In this document: in pieces, positions 38,390-49,400 of the stretch | How the letters are laid out: every line of letters begins with the position of its first letter | Position numbering within the stretch: the stretch's first letter is position 1 | Assembly: GCA_024103135.1 (NCBI GenBank) | Contig: JAGFIZ010000062.1 | Span: forward strand, 24,321-88,320 | Direction: 5' to 3' | Origin: Bradyrhizobiaceae bacterium | GTDB lineage: Bacteria > Bacteroidota > Ignavibacteria > Kapaibacteriales > Kapaibacteriaceae | DNA length: 64,000 nucleotides | Made by a program: the position numbers and the translations under genes | The notes under the pieces: model-generated | Told to the model about the DNA's origin: nothing | Database searches by the model: none | What the model saw: only the letters and a program-made list of their open reading frames with translations

Positions 38390-39694
38390 TTAGCCGCTTA
38401 CCCGCTCGCACAGCAGCGTAAGGTGACGTTCCCCTACGCGGGCAATGATCACCACCCCAAACGGAATATCGGCTCCTGCTGCCTCCAGGTCTAACTTCTT
38501 GCGAAGCTCCTGGGGGTCGGCAGGCCAGCCGCGTTTCTTGATCTCCGTAGCATTGCTCCATCCCAACAGGCGAAGGCGATCACGCAAGGTTTTCACACGC
38601 ACGCCTTCGTGGACTTCCAGAATCGCAAATCGTTCGTAAAAGACGGAGGAAGGGGGCTTGCCATTCGCAATCCCATAGGCAATGTGTTGGTCGATGGCAT
38701 CAGCACGGGCAGCTACAAACACGTCATCGACCAGCCCTGCAGCGATCACTGCCGGATGGGGCTCGATTAAGTACATGCCTGAACTTGGGATTCTGGCGCT
38801 CGTACCGTGGACATGATTGTCCATGGCAGGAGTGGTTGACGCTGACCCTGTGAGAGTATGTATCCCATCGACGTCAATGATGGTAGCGGACGTACGCGGC
38901 ACGATTTCCCGTCCAATCCAGAGTACCTGCTCCCTGCATTCATTCCTAAAGCCAATGAATTCACGTGAAACGGGCATGGTGCTAGTGCGGAGGTCTATCT
39001 CGTCAGCAGGACCTACCTTGATACCGATAACGCCGTAAAACGTGGACGGAACACCGACGATCTGTTCTAGTGGAGGGAGGTAGTCTTTGGACGACCGTAT
39101 TCTACGTCCGGCATCAGTGCGCCGTGCAGGATCGGCCCACACGTTACCCACCGTCCCCTGCCCATATCCATTCCACTCCTGGTTTACTACCTTGACTGCA
39201 AGACCTTGTCGTTTGAGGTTGGCTTCTGCAACCAGCGCCGTAACAACGTCGACTTCGAAACTGGTTACATGAAAGCCATGTCGACATAATGCCGCGGCAT
39301 CTGCAGCTGAACCAGTACCAATTTCAACAAGATACCGTTGAACTTCCCCATGCACAGAATGCTGTTGAGCGTGCACAGCCAACTGCTGGGCATGATACTC
39401 CGCGATTCTGGGGTGGGTGCTTTGCTCTGCCGTTCGCGAAGTAAACAGCCACTCACCACGTCGTTTTCCCAACCGTTCTGCCCGCAGAGTACCCCACAGG
39501 ATGTCCATCACGCCTTGACTGACTTCGGCTAATGATTGCGGCAAAAGCTTTCTTACCTGCTGCACCACCCCTGGTGTTACCTGATTGTCGGCTCCGATCA
39601 ACGTCTTGAATTCGTTTACCAGAGCAAGGCATTGTGCCGACTCGAGAAACTCCCGTAACTCAGAAACTGCTTTTGGGTGGATGGATAGGTTCAT
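38390..39694 (-). CDS. Putative class I SAM-dependent methyltransferase with C-terminal THUMP-like extension
   Basis: The Rossmann motif LVEIGTGSAADAAAL, followed by an acidic residue after beta2 (FEVD), suggests a SAM-binding fold. ~434 aa. Exact family not resolved. Confidence 0.4.
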   Translation of the reverse strand: MNLSIHPKAVSELREFLESAQCLALVNEFKTLIGADNQVTPGVVQQVRKLLPQSLAEVSQGVMDILWGTLRAERLGKRRGEWLFTSRTAEQSTHPRIAEYHAQQLAVHAQQHSVHGEVQRYLVEIGTGSAADAAALCRHGFHVTSFEVDVVTALVAEANLKRQGLAVKVVNQEWNGYGQGTVGNVWADPARRTDAGRRIRSSKDYLPPLEQIVGVPSTFYGVIGIKVGPADEIDLRTSTMPVSREFIGFRNECREQVLWIGREIVPRTSATIIDVDGIHTLTGSASTTPAMDNHVHGTSARIPSSGMYLIEPHPAVIAAGLVDDVFVAARADAIDQHIAYGIANGKPPSSVFYERFAILEVHEGVRVKTLRDRLRLLGWSNATEIKKRGWPADPQELRKKLDLEAAGADIPFGVVIIARVGERHLTLLCERVSG

Positions 39695-39754
39695 CGCGAA
39701 AACCCGATATTTGTACCCTTGTAGAACTGTACCACGAGTTGAAAGCCCCCTACC

Positions 39755-41347
39755 ATGAGTTTTGACAGCGAAGCCATTCGCACATCACTAGAGCAACAAG
39801 GCTTGCTTAATCTTGGAGATTTGAATTACAACCTTAACACTTCAGACCTCTATGAGCATGCCCTGCTGTATGACGAAGGCATTCTTTCTGATCACGGTGC
39901 ATTGTGTGTGAACACAGTACCATACACTGGACGTCGCGCAAACGACAAGTTCGTAGTCGACGAGCCCAGCTCGACAGCCGATGTATGGTGGGGAAAGGTA
40001 AACAAGCCCTTTAGTCAAGAAAAGTTCGCTGCGCTGAAGAGTCGCGTCCTTGCCTACCTTCAGGGTCGTGATGTATACGTACAAGACCTCATTGCTGGAT
40101 CCGATCCTGCCTACAAGCTCAACGTGCGGTTTGTACAAGAAATGGCCTACCATTCCTTGTTTGTACGCAACATGTTCATTACGCCTACTGAACAAGAGCT
40201 CGAAGGGTTTGCACCAGACTTCACCGTTATCACTGTTCCAGATTTTAAGACCGATCCTCAAGTTGATGGTACGCTCAGTGAAGTTGCCGTAGTCCTGTCA
40301 TTCGAAGAAAAGCTCATCATCATTGCTGGCACCACCTATGCAGGCGAGAACAAGAAGGCCATCTTTACCGTTCTCAATTACCTGATGCCAAAGCTCGGTG
40401 TAATGAGCATGCACTGTTCGGCGAACATCGGGCAAGGGGGCGATACAGCTTTGTTCTTTGGTTTGTCGGGCACAGGAAAGACAACGCTTTCATCCGATCC
40501 TGATCGTGCCTTGATTGGCGATGATGAACATGGCTGGAGCAACGATGGTGTATTCAACTATGAAGGTGGATGCTATGCCAAGGTTATCAACCTTAATGCA
40601 GAAGCAGAGCCGATCATTTACAACTTGTCACGCACCTTTGGTACGATTCTAGAGAACGTCGACATCGACGAAGAAACACGTGTGGTCGATTATGAATCAC
40701 AACGTCACACAGAAAACACTCGCGCCTCATATAGTCGGGAAGTGATTCCGAACATCAAGGACGACAACCGAGGCGGACATCCAAAGAACATCTTCTTCCT
40801 TACAGCCGATGCCTTTGGTGTTATGCCTCCGATCTCCCGTCTCACACCAGAGCAAGCCATGTATCACTTCCTTAGCGGATACACGGCCAAGGTTGCTGGT
40901 ACGGAAGCTGGTGTGAAAGAACCAACTGCCACGTTTAGCACGTGTTTTGGTGCACCATTCATGGTTCATAAGCCAGGCGTATATGCCAACCTCCTTCGTG
41001 ATAAGATCAATGCCCATGGCAGCCGCGTGTGGTTGGTGAATACGGGCTGGAGTGGCGGACCTTATGGTGTGGGAAGCCGCATGAAGATCCAACACACTCG
41101 CGCTATGCTCAAGGCTGCCCTTGCTGGCGACTTTGACAACGTAGAGTTTGTAAAGGATAGCTTCTTCAACCTGGATATCCCATCGTCGTGCCCAGGTGTA
41201 CCAAGCGAAGTCCTCAATCCACGTAACACGTGGTCAGATAAGCAAGCCTACGACAAGCAGGCAGCGCACCTGCTGGATCTCTTCACAAAGAATTTCGAGC
41301 AGTTTAAGGACGACGTCGACGCAACGGTCGCCGCAAGCATGGGCTAA
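39755..41347 (+). CDS. pckA: Phosphoenolpyruvate carboxykinase (ATP)
   Basis: GLSGTGKTTLS kinase-1a motif plus conserved PEPCK-ATP blocks. 530 aa. Confidence 0.9.
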   Translation: MSFDSEAIRTSLEQQGLLNLGDLNYNLNTSDLYEHALLYDEGILSDHGALCVNTVPYTGRRANDKFVVDEPSSTADVWWGKVNKPFSQEKFAALKSRVLAYLQGRDVYVQDLIAGSDPAYKLNVRFVQEMAYHSLFVRNMFITPTEQELEGFAPDFTVITVPDFKTDPQVDGTLSEVAVVLSFEEKLIIIAGTTYAGENKKAIFTVLNYLMPKLGVMSMHCSANIGQGGDTALFFGLSGTGKTTLSSDPDRALIGDDEHGWSNDGVFNYEGGCYAKVINLNAEAEPIIYNLSRTFGTILENVDIDEETRVVDYESQRHTENTRASYSREVIPNIKDDNRGGHPKNIFFLTADAFGVMPPISRLTPEQAMYHFLSGYTAKVAGTEAGVKEPTATFSTCFGAPFMVHKPGVYANLLRDKINAHGSRVWLVNTGWSGGPYGVGSRMKIQHTRAMLKAALAGDFDNVEFVKDSFFNLDIPSSCPGVPSEVLNPRNTWSDKQAYDKQAAHLLDLFTKNFEQFKDDVDATVAASMG

Positions 41348-41374
41348 CATCTGTCGAGATGTCCACGAAAATGA

Positions 41375-41411
41375 AAAGGGAGCTGTGTTTTCACAGCTCC
41401 CTTTCTTTTTG
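41375..41411. terminator. Rho-independent bidirectional terminator
   Basis: AAAAGGGAGCTGTG-TTTTC-ACAGCTCCCTTTC is followed by TTTTTG. A perfect GC-rich ~12-bp stem flanked by an A-run and a T-run lies between convergent pckA and the DUF2007 gene. Confidence 0.7.
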
Positions 41412-41431
41412 TCAGTGGTTATTGAGTTTGA

Positions 41432-41683
41432 CTAGTCATCGTCATCATCAAAGTCATCCAGATCTAGATTCTCGTCATCTAGTCCATCAAGGTATCCATC
41501 GTCATCAAACTCACGGGCTTCGAGAATCTCTTTTGCTTCCTCAACATCGTCTTCGTAGACCATAACGTTGAACGCCTCGCCACCATCGACTTCTTCGACC
41601 GTATAGTCTATCCCAGCTTCCTTAAGCTGCGAGCCAAGAAGCTGTGCATCCATTTCGTTGTTGAAGGTTTTCAAGAGATTCAT
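41432..41683 (-). CDS. DUF2007-like small protein with poly-acidic C-terminal tail
   Basis: 83 aa. The N-terminal ~60 aa resemble the putative signal-transducing DUF2007 fold. The C-terminus is LDDENLDLDDFDDDDD. Confidence 0.45.
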   Translation of the reverse strand: MNLLKTFNNEMDAQLLGSQLKEAGIDYTVEEVDGGEAFNVMVYEDDVEEAKEILEAREFDDDGYLDGLDDENLDLDDFDDDDD

Positions 41684-41701
41684 GGTAACCCCTATTTGGA
41701 A

Positions 41702-42283
41702 TTATTTCTTTGCCTGTTGTACGGCTGCCATTTCACTAATGAGTGAAAATATCATTTGTTGATGATCTTGCCTAACCTGACTTTCTTCGTTCTTGAACAC
41801 CCAAATTATTACCGTGTGGTCGTTCACCAGGAACTGCTCCCTTTTGTTTTCCTTGCTTGGATCTGGAGGAGTCTTCTTGCCGAAAATGGCCAGCGACAGC
41901 ACTTCCTTGGCATTGTCCGGTAGCTTGTTTGCATACTCAAGATATACGATTGCACCGTCACCGTCCTTACCACTAAACGATTGGTAGGCCTGTTTTGCAG
42001 GAGCCCCAAAAGCAGGTAGTGCTGCTGCTGGATCCTTCTGTATTGCCTTGACCTTGTTGTTGGAACAGATGAACGTGCTCAAAATCTTGTTACCCTTCGG
42101 TACCAAGGCCTGTGGCATTTGGAGCCGATCCCAAGGCAGTGGTATGGTCCGTGTAAGCGGGTAGAAATTGAAATGCTGTACGGTCTTCACTACCTTGACC
42201 TGTTTGCCAGGCGGTGCCTTAAAGTTTGGTATGGGTGGCTGCTGAATTGCAAGTGCGCTCAGCAGAAGCAAGGACATGATCAT
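41702..42283 (-). CDS. Hypothetical secreted protein
   Basis: Signal peptide MIMSLLLLSALAIQ. 193 aa. No recognisable motif. Abuts ettA with a 2-bp gap. Confidence 0.45.
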   Translation of the reverse strand: MIMSLLLLSALAIQQPPIPNFKAPPGKQVKVVKTVQHFNFYPLTRTIPLPWDRLQMPQALVPKGNKILSTFICSNNKVKAIQKDPAAALPAFGAPAKQAYQSFSGKDGDGAIVYLEYANKLPDNAKEVLSLAIFGKKTPPDPSKENKREQFLVNDHTVIIWVFKNEESQVRQDHQQMIFSLISEMAAVQQAKK

Positions 42284-42285
42284 TG

Positions 42286-43968
42286 TTAGTCTCTCGTGAG
42301 TTTTCGATAGGTAATACGATGCGGTCTGTCGGCATCAGTGCCTAATCGACGATGACGGTCCTCTTCGTATTGCGAATAGTTACCGTCGAACCACACCACA
42401 TTGCTGTCACCTTCAAACGCCAATATATGTGTTGCAATCCTGTCAAGGAACCACCGGTCGTGACTAATGACTACGGCACATCCGGCAAAGTCCATCAGTG
42501 CTTCTTCAAGTGCCCTCAGGGTGTTCACGTCAAGGTCGTTCGTTGGCTCGTCAAGCAAGAGTACGTTAGCCCCTTCCTTAAGCATCTTGGCAAGGTGAAC
42601 GCGATTTCGCTCACCACCCGATAGTTGGCTCACCAGTTTCTGCTGGTCGGATCCGCTAAAGTTGAAACGGGCAACGTATGCACGGGACGACATCTCTTTC
42701 TTTCCGAGGGTGAGAATGTCACTACCTCCGGAAATTTCTTCCCAGATCGACTTCTTTGGGTCAAGAGGTCTATTCTGATCGATATACCCCAACTGGACGG
42801 TTTCGCCAACCACAAACGTGCCAGCATCTGGCTCCAGCTGCTTAGTGATCATCTTGAACAGCGTAGTCTTTCCAGCACCGTTTGGTCCAATCACGCCAAT
42901 GATGCCACCAGGCGGAAGCGAGAATGAGAGGTTCTCGTAAAGGAGCTTGTCGCCAAAGGATTTGGTGATTCCATCGGCATTGATCACGACGTCGCCAAGA
43001 CGTTCACCGGGTGGTATGAAAATTTCTCGTTCTTCGCTGCGCTTTACGGTTTCTTCTGCCATAAGCTTCTCGTAGGCACTGATACGCGCCTTGCTCTTGG
43101 CGTGCCGACCCTTAGGATTCATTCGTACCCATTCCAACTCTTCCTTCAGGGCCTTCTGTCGCTTGCTTTCTTGCTTCTCCTCGACTTCCAATCTGCGCTG
43201 CTTCTGTTCCAACCACGAGGTGTAGTTGCCTTCAAACGGAATACCATGTCCGTTGTCCAGCTCAAGAATCCATCCAGCAACATTGTCCAAGAAGTACCGA
43301 TCGTGCGTTACTGCAATAACGGTTCCTTCGTAGTCATGAAGATGCTGCTCCAACCATGCAACGCTCTCCGCATCCAGGTGGTTGGTTGGCTCGTCCAAGA
43401 GCAGAACGTCAGGCTTCTGTAGGAGCAGGCGGACGAGTGCAACACGTCTGCGTTCACCACCAGAGATTACACCTACCTTGGTATCGGGAGGTGGACACCG
43501 AAGGGCGTCCATCGCCATTTCGAGCTTCGAGTCGATATCCCACGCATTCAGCGCTTCGATCTTCTCTTGAAGCTTTCCTTGACGTTCAAGCAACGCATCA
43601 AAGTCGGCATCAGGATCGGCAAACTTTTCACTGATGGCATTGTACTCTTTGAGAAGATTAACCGTCTCGGCTGCTCCTTCTTCGACGACTTCACGAACCG
43701 TCTTCTCTGGATCCATTTCTGGTTCCTGGTGGAGGTAGCCAAAGGTAACGTCTTTGTTTTTGGTGATCTGACCCGTGTAGTCCTCGTCAAGACCAGCAAT
43801 GATCTTCAACAGCGTGGATTTTCCAGCACCGTTAAGACCGAGCACGCCAATTTTTGCGCCGTAGAAAAAGCTTAGGTAGATGTCGCGCAACACTTGTCGG
43901 TTCGGCTTATGCACCTTGCCGACGCCTACCATGCTAAAGATTATCTTGTTGGGTTCTGTTACTGCCAT
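42286..43968 (-). CDS. ettA: ABC-F family ATPase, energy-dependent translational throttle EttA
   Basis: Two ABC ATPase cassettes with Walker A (GLNGAGKST, GPNGAGKTT), signature LSGGE and no transmembrane domain. Length ~560 aa from MAVTEPNKII. Confidence 0.85.
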   Translation of the reverse strand: MAVTEPNKIIFSMVGVGKVHKPNRQVLRDIYLSFFYGAKIGVLGLNGAGKSTLLKIIAGLDEDYTGQITKNKDVTFGYLHQEPEMDPEKTVREVVEEGAAETVNLLKEYNAISEKFADPDADFDALLERQGKLQEKIEALNAWDIDSKLEMAMDALRCPPPDTKVGVISGGERRRVALVRLLLQKPDVLLLDEPTNHLDAESVAWLEQHLHDYEGTVIAVTHDRYFLDNVAGWILELDNGHGIPFEGNYTSWLEQKQRRLEVEEKQESKRQKALKEELEWVRMNPKGRHAKSKARISAYEKLMAEETVKRSEEREIFIPPGERLGDVVINADGITKSFGDKLLYENLSFSLPPGGIIGVIGPNGAGKTTLFKMITKQLEPDAGTFVVGETVQLGYIDQNRPLDPKKSIWEEISGGSDILTLGKKEMSSRAYVARFNFSGSDQQKLVSQLSGGERNRVHLAKMLKEGANVLLLDEPTNDLDVNTLRALEEALMDFAGCAVVISHDRWFLDRIATHILAFEGDSNVVWFDGNYSQYEEDRHRRLGTDADRPHRITYRKLTRD

Positions 43969-44004
43969 AGAGGACGAAATTACTATCCTCCCGATATTGC
44001 AGCC

Positions 44005-44619
44005 ATGAATAACCATGGTTGGCGCAAGCTTTGGGCAAATAAAACCGATCGGATCGTTGCAGTTGTTTCAACGCTGATGGCTGTCCTGCTTGTTGTTATA
44101 GCTTCGGAGTTTTTGCTTCAGGTCGAGCACCGCAGTGGTGTTGTAATTGCCGACCCAATACAAGCACAGTTCAGTGCAATTGATTTCACCTGGCCCATCT
44201 TCATCACTCTCTATGGATCGCTGGTACTTGCCGTGTTGTGGCTTTGGTCGGAACCGATGCTCATCTTCAAGGCATTCAGAGCTTACTCAATCCTGCTCTC
44301 CTTGCGACTTGTTTGTATCTGGCTCTTGCCTCTCGACCCACCACCGGGCATGATCATCCTCCCGGACCCGATTATCCAAGCGGTGGCCCATGCGTCTGGT
44401 GAGCCCCTTACCAGAGACTTGTTTTTTAGCGGCCATACTAGCTCGATGTTCTTGGCTGCCTTCGTGATGCCGTCTGCGAAAAAGCGATGGACATTCATTG
44501 TCCTGGGAATTCTTGTTGGTTGCGCCTTGATTGCACAACATGTCCATTACTCCATCGATGTGTTTGTTGCACCGATGGCCGCATTGATGGCTGTGGCATT
44601 GAGCGGACGCTCGTCATAA
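44005..44619 (+). CDS. PAP2-superfamily membrane protein (phosphatase / sphingomyelin synthase-like)
   Basis: Multi-pass membrane protein with FFSGHTSS and HYSIDV motifs resembling PAP2 C2 and C3 boxes. The start ATG at 44005 was checked. Confidence 0.5.
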   Translation: MNNHGWRKLWANKTDRIVAVVSTLMAVLLVVIASEFLLQVEHRSGVVIADPIQAQFSAIDFTWPIFITLYGSLVLAVLWLWSEPMLIFKAFRAYSILLSLRLVCIWLLPLDPPPGMIILPDPIIQAVAHASGEPLTRDLFFSGHTSSMFLAAFVMPSAKKRWTFIVLGILVGCALIAQHVHYSIDVFVAPMAALMAVALSGRSS

Positions 44620-44623
44620 AAAC

Positions 44624-44644
44624 GGCTCAAGAACTTCTTGAGCC
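44624..44644. terminator. Candidate bidirectional hairpin terminator
   Basis: GGCTCAAGAA-C-TTCTTGAGCC is a perfect inverted repeat in the 68-bp gap between convergent genes, preceded by AAAAAC. Confidence 0.45.
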
Positions 44645-44687
44645 GTCGTTGACTTTCTTGGTTGATACAGATTGGAGCAAGGGTCAA

Positions 44688-45374
44688 TTAGAATGACGCT
44701 GTTGCTCCATCCAAACCGAAATCAAGCAACACCATCGAATATCCGTCGCTGCTGGTGCTCTTGATTAGACCTGTAATCGGGACGGAAGCAGAGAGCCATG
44801 TTTCTGATTCTACCTCTTCACCGAGCATGTGAACCTTTGATTGAGCAACGGACGACCCAGCAAATGTTCCAGCTGGTACCGTTATAGCTGGACCTGGTTT
44901 GATAGTAGTGTTCTCCATCACCCATCCCTTGAGACCATCCTTGTACATGCCTTTGGCCATGTTCAGCATGAAACCCTCGATTTCAATTGGATCATCATCA
45001 TTGTGCTTCATGCGAATCTTTCGGAAGTCAACCTGATCCATGTTGTCGGCACTCGTGACGAAGTTCAATCCTTTAAGCTCGAGCTGTAAAATCGTAACGT
45101 CGTCCTCGCTCATGTTCTTCATCTCGACTGTCCACCACTCTCCATCACGAGCAATGATGGCCATACGCGAAACTGATTTCTCGCCATCATCATCGGTGTT
45201 GCCAAATAGGACCCATTGGCCTACACTCCATGCCATGGGCTTGGTGAAGGTACTAGCTGGATAACTAGCCGTCTTCATCTTCTGGAACATTGCAAGAATT
45301 TCTGCCTCGTTATCACCAGCAAGAGCGGTCATTGAGGCCACTGCAAGTATGAACAATGCAACAAATGTTTTCAT
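44688..45374 (-). CDS. Hypothetical secreted protein
   Basis: The internal start MKTFVALFILAVASMTALAG gives a signal peptide. ~228 aa. No recognisable family. Confidence 0.5.
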   Translation of the reverse strand: MKTFVALFILAVASMTALAGDNEAEILAMFQKMKTASYPASTFTKPMAWSVGQWVLFGNTDDDGEKSVSRMAIIARDGEWWTVEMKNMSEDDVTILQLELKGLNFVTSADNMDQVDFRKIRMKHNDDDPIEIEGFMLNMAKGMYKDGLKGWVMENTTIKPGPAITVPAGTFAGSSVAQSKVHMLGEEVESETWLSASVPITGLIKSTSSDGYSMVLLDFGLDGATASF

Positions 45375-45408
45375 ATAGCGCTGTCCGAATAGTTGAGGTT
45401 GTACAATA

Positions 45409-46401
45409 TTACCTCGTAAAACGGTCTGCGATACCTGCAAGCACATGCATGATCATCGACGCACCAAGCTTGGCTGTACGATTGTCCGTATCGAGGGGTG
45501 GACACACCTCGACAACGTCAAAGGAGTTCATCGTGGTACGGGCGCTCTCTCTAAGGCGTGGACCAATCTCAGATGGATAAAATCCATCTGGTGATGGTGC
45601 ACTAACTCCGGGTGCAAAGGCCGAGGCAAAGCCGTCCATGTCGAGCGATATGTGAACACGCTTGGCTCTGCCTAGCTTGTCCATTGCCTGCGTCCATGCA
45701 CCTGGCTGACGGGCATCTTCAAGCATGAATACATGTGCGTGACGGCTTCGTACATAGTCCACATGTGCCTTCGCAACTGCATAGTGTTGCAGACCGTACT
45801 CAACAAACGCTCCTTCTGCCCTGCAACTGGAGTCGACCTCCAGCATCTGTCTGAATGGCGAACCGCTGTGGGCCTTGTGTCCATCAATGAGTGGACGTAC
45901 GTCGGCATGGGCGTCGATGTTCATCACGCCATAGCTAACGCCAACCGATTCGTATGCGTTGATCGTTGGCCACACACAGTCATGTCCGCCTCCGAGTACT
46001 ATTGGGAACATACCGCTCTTCAACAATGCCATCACTACCTGATGCTGGTTATGATGGATTTCTTCGAGACTTAGTCCCTCTACGTTGATATTGCCGATAT
46101 CGACAACAGCTAGGTCGTTGCGATCGATGGCACTCTGGATTGCGGATGTTGCCATACGATAAAGCATTGCTCGAATAGCCGTTGGTGCTTCTGCGGCACC
46201 TGGCCGACCGTTATTGCGCATGACGCCTAGGTGCTGTGGCACGCCAAGCACGACAGCAACAAGCTTGGTCTGACGAACATCATCAAGCCGAGTTCGCACT
46301 AGATCACCAAGTCGAGGATCTTGCTTGTCCGTCGCATGAAAGAACAAAGCAGTATCAGTTGGCACAAGTGCCTCTTGTACTTGCGCGTTTACAACATCCA
46401 C
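45409..46401 (-). CDS. Arginase-family hydrolase, probable formimidoylglutamase
   Basis: Mn-binding motifs of the arginase/agmatinase/formiminoglutamase family (GGDHS-like GGGHDCV, DAHADV, SLDMDGFA). hutU lies 9 kb away. The hutG assignment is inference. Confidence 0.65.
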   Translation of the reverse strand: MDVVNAQVQEALVPTDTALFFHATDKQDPRLGDLVRTRLDDVRQTKLVAVVLGVPQHLGVMRNNGRPGAAEAPTAIRAMLYRMATSAIQSAIDRNDLAVVDIGNINVEGLSLEEIHHNQHQVVMALLKSGMFPIVLGGGHDCVWPTINAYESVGVSYGVMNIDAHADVRPLIDGHKAHSGSPFRQMLEVDSSCRAEGAFVEYGLQHYAVAKAHVDYVRSRHAHVFMLEDARQPGAWTQAMDKLGRAKRVHISLDMDGFASAFAPGVSAPSPDGFYPSEIGPRLRESARTTMNSFDVVEVCPPLDTDNRTAKLGASMIMHVLAGIADRFTR

Positions 46402-46438
46402 GCTTCGATCTCCTTTTCGACGATGATTTGTAGGAATG

Positions 46439-49400
46439 TTATCGTGTGATGACCACCGGTGCTGTCAGCGATCCTTGCGCCGTGGCAACAACCACGGAAT
46501 AACTACCGCTGGATAGCCAGGATGGAAGCTGCCATTGATATGTATCGCCCGGGGTATTGACTACATAGACGATGTTTCCAAGAACGTCGACAATGCTCAC
46601 CGAGGTAACGCTAATTGAGTTGTCGTAAACATTCAGCTTGATGTATCCGTCCGAAGTAACCGGATGTGGAACAACTTCTATTTGTGCAATTCCTCCAAGC
46701 TGACTTTCCGATACGTCCGTTGCGCCATTGTTACCAAGGCAGCGAACTGTCTTTACCGGCGTCCGCTCGTCATTACTGTAAATGCGAACGGTTGCCGACG
46801 CTTGCCCTGCATCTGGTCTGTCGAATACAATTGTGGCAAACAGTGTATCGCCTTTTGCCAGTGTAGCTGGGAAGGTCTTGCTGATTGACTTGATCGAAAA
46901 GTAGTTCTTGACGGAAACAATATTCACGGTATCGATAACCAAGGGTGCATCACTTCCTGTCGTGATAGCAAGGACGCGCTCTACTGGCATTGGGCTTGGT
47001 GCATTGAAGAACATGGTGTCGGCACTAACCGCTACGGTTGGCTTTGGTGCTACGCTAAACTGAATCCACGCTGTGTTGCCAAAGTCTGGTTCAAAGGTTT
47101 TGAGCGTTAATGAGCCTGACTTTATCTGAAGGCTACCAGTACCGAGCTGCTGACGTAGGAACCAAAAGTCAAGTCCGTAACCAAGCTTGTTAATCAATCG
47201 ATACTCATAGCACCCATTCTCAAGATTGAAGGTATCAGCATAGACGGTGTTGTCCTTTAGATTACTTCCTTGCTTGATGATGTCACCACCAATCTTTCGC
47301 AGTTCCCATTCGTACTGGTCGGCAGCATAGTTGTTGGTTCGTAGTTGGAACGTTACGTCTGGATAGTACACCGGTGCATCTGCAAACTGCGTGATGAAGG
47401 TGTTGTTATCTGCATACTCATCCGTATCGGTAGTTCTAACTTCTGCAGTGAATGTATTCATGCCTTGAACACCTGTCCACGTTGGCGGATCCAACGCAAT
47501 CGTGTCAGCTTCCAGGAACTGCAGGTTGCCAGTCCACTCAAACGTTTTCTCAGCCCCCTGCCCAACCTTGTAAGCTATGGTACAGGCGGTAAGGGGCTTT
47601 GCACCACGGTTACGGAGTACGACGATGGGCTGTCCGCATATAGGATTGAAGCGACTGTAGAACTCCCATGAATTGGGTGCCAATACGTCGGCGAGTTCTG
47701 CATCAATTTGACTTGTTGGAGCGGTGTAGCCGATGAGCTGACCCGACACTTCCCAACGTCCCCAGTTTTCTGAGGTTGTATCAGGCTTAATACCATAGTC
47801 AATCTCTACAGTACTCTTGTTTCCAACGTATGGTGTGAGCTCGAACTCATGGAGGTCGACTGGTGCGCCTGGACACCATCCGGTGCGATCAATCAACCAG
47901 GTACCACCTTGTGGGTAGACTGGGTTGTCGCCACACTCTTTCCACACGTCCCACGTGAATCGTTCCTGTCCATCGACGTTGTAGAAGTGGGTGCGTCTGC
48001 AGAACTCGGCGCAGTTTGTTGGGTTGTCAAACTCATGTCCGCTCGTTACGGCTTTAAGCCTAAAGGTTGTCGCTGCAGGGTTGAGCGAAATGGTTTGTGG
48101 AGCTAGTGCCTTGTTGGACAAAACATCGGGGAAGTAGGCACCACGCTCATACCACACTTGGTCGATCTGTTTTACTTCACGAGCTGGTTTGCCCTTGATG
48201 AAGAGAAACGTCATATCAATCAACTCTTGTTGATTGCCGGCACTCAGCGTTACGTTGCCACGAAGAAGAGGGGCAAAGTCGGTAACATCGTACACCCACT
48301 TGAATCCTTTATCGCCAAGATCTAAGCCAATACCGTAGGGTGTGATATAACGTCCCAATTCAAACTGGGCAATTGGGCTGTAGTACTTGCCGACCTGCTT
48401 ACGGAGTGTGGTGGTTGGTGCTACAAAGAATGAGTCGACCTTTAGCCACGATTCATCGTACACAGGAATCCATCCAGCTTCCTGAATGGCAAGCGTGTCC
48501 GTTGGCAAGGAAGGGTGATTGGGGTCATCCAGTGCATAGATCCGAGGTTCTACTGGATTGCCATAGAGGACTACGTTGGTTGTCCTTCTGGCTGTAAGAA
48601 CCGTTACATCTTCGCGAGTGTTAGTACCGAGCGATGATCCTGGTTCCAGTCCAAGGAATGGCCTAGCTGTTGAACTAAGCGTTAGGTATCCGAGCATTGT
48701 ATGCGTGATGGTTTCACGCACGGGCATGCCCCAGAGTTCTGCGTGGTAGCCATTGGCGGAGCCATCCTTCAGTCGACCATCCGGTAGTTGGCTTTCGCAA
48801 TCATAGTACGCTACGAGATCATTAAAGTCAGGATGATCTACGGTCAACTTCTTTGTCATCCAGGTTCTAATCGTAGCCGAGTCGAGGGCCTTCTTCCAAA
48901 TCTGAATCTCGTCCAGCATACCTGGGTATGCACCCGAGGCACCGGTTCCAAAAACGAACGATGCAATGCTTGACATTCCAAGCGTCTTGCCACTTCCTTC
49001 TGCGAACAGTACACCATCCAGATAGATCTGCATCGTACCAGTTTCGGCATTCTTTACAAAGGCCCAGTGGTGCCACCCACCTTCATATTGCTGAGGTGTA
49101 GCTGCTTTTGAAATCCTGTCCGGCCCCTGTCCATCATTTCTTCCAGCATCCCAATACACGGTCCCATCACTCCAGGGTACGTGGGCATTGAGTACTCTGC
49201 GTCCCCTAGCATCATAGGCTTCGAATGCATTGTGATTTGCAGGCAGACGCTGCGGGTTGCCGTATGACCAGAATGCTATGGTGACTTGTTTGGACAATGC
49301 GCTACCAACACCAGTCGGGAGCGTAAGCTTGTCGCCTGGCTCAAACAACAAAGCATGCCTGGATGGATCGGCGATCACACCTTGTGCTGGTGCTCCACCG

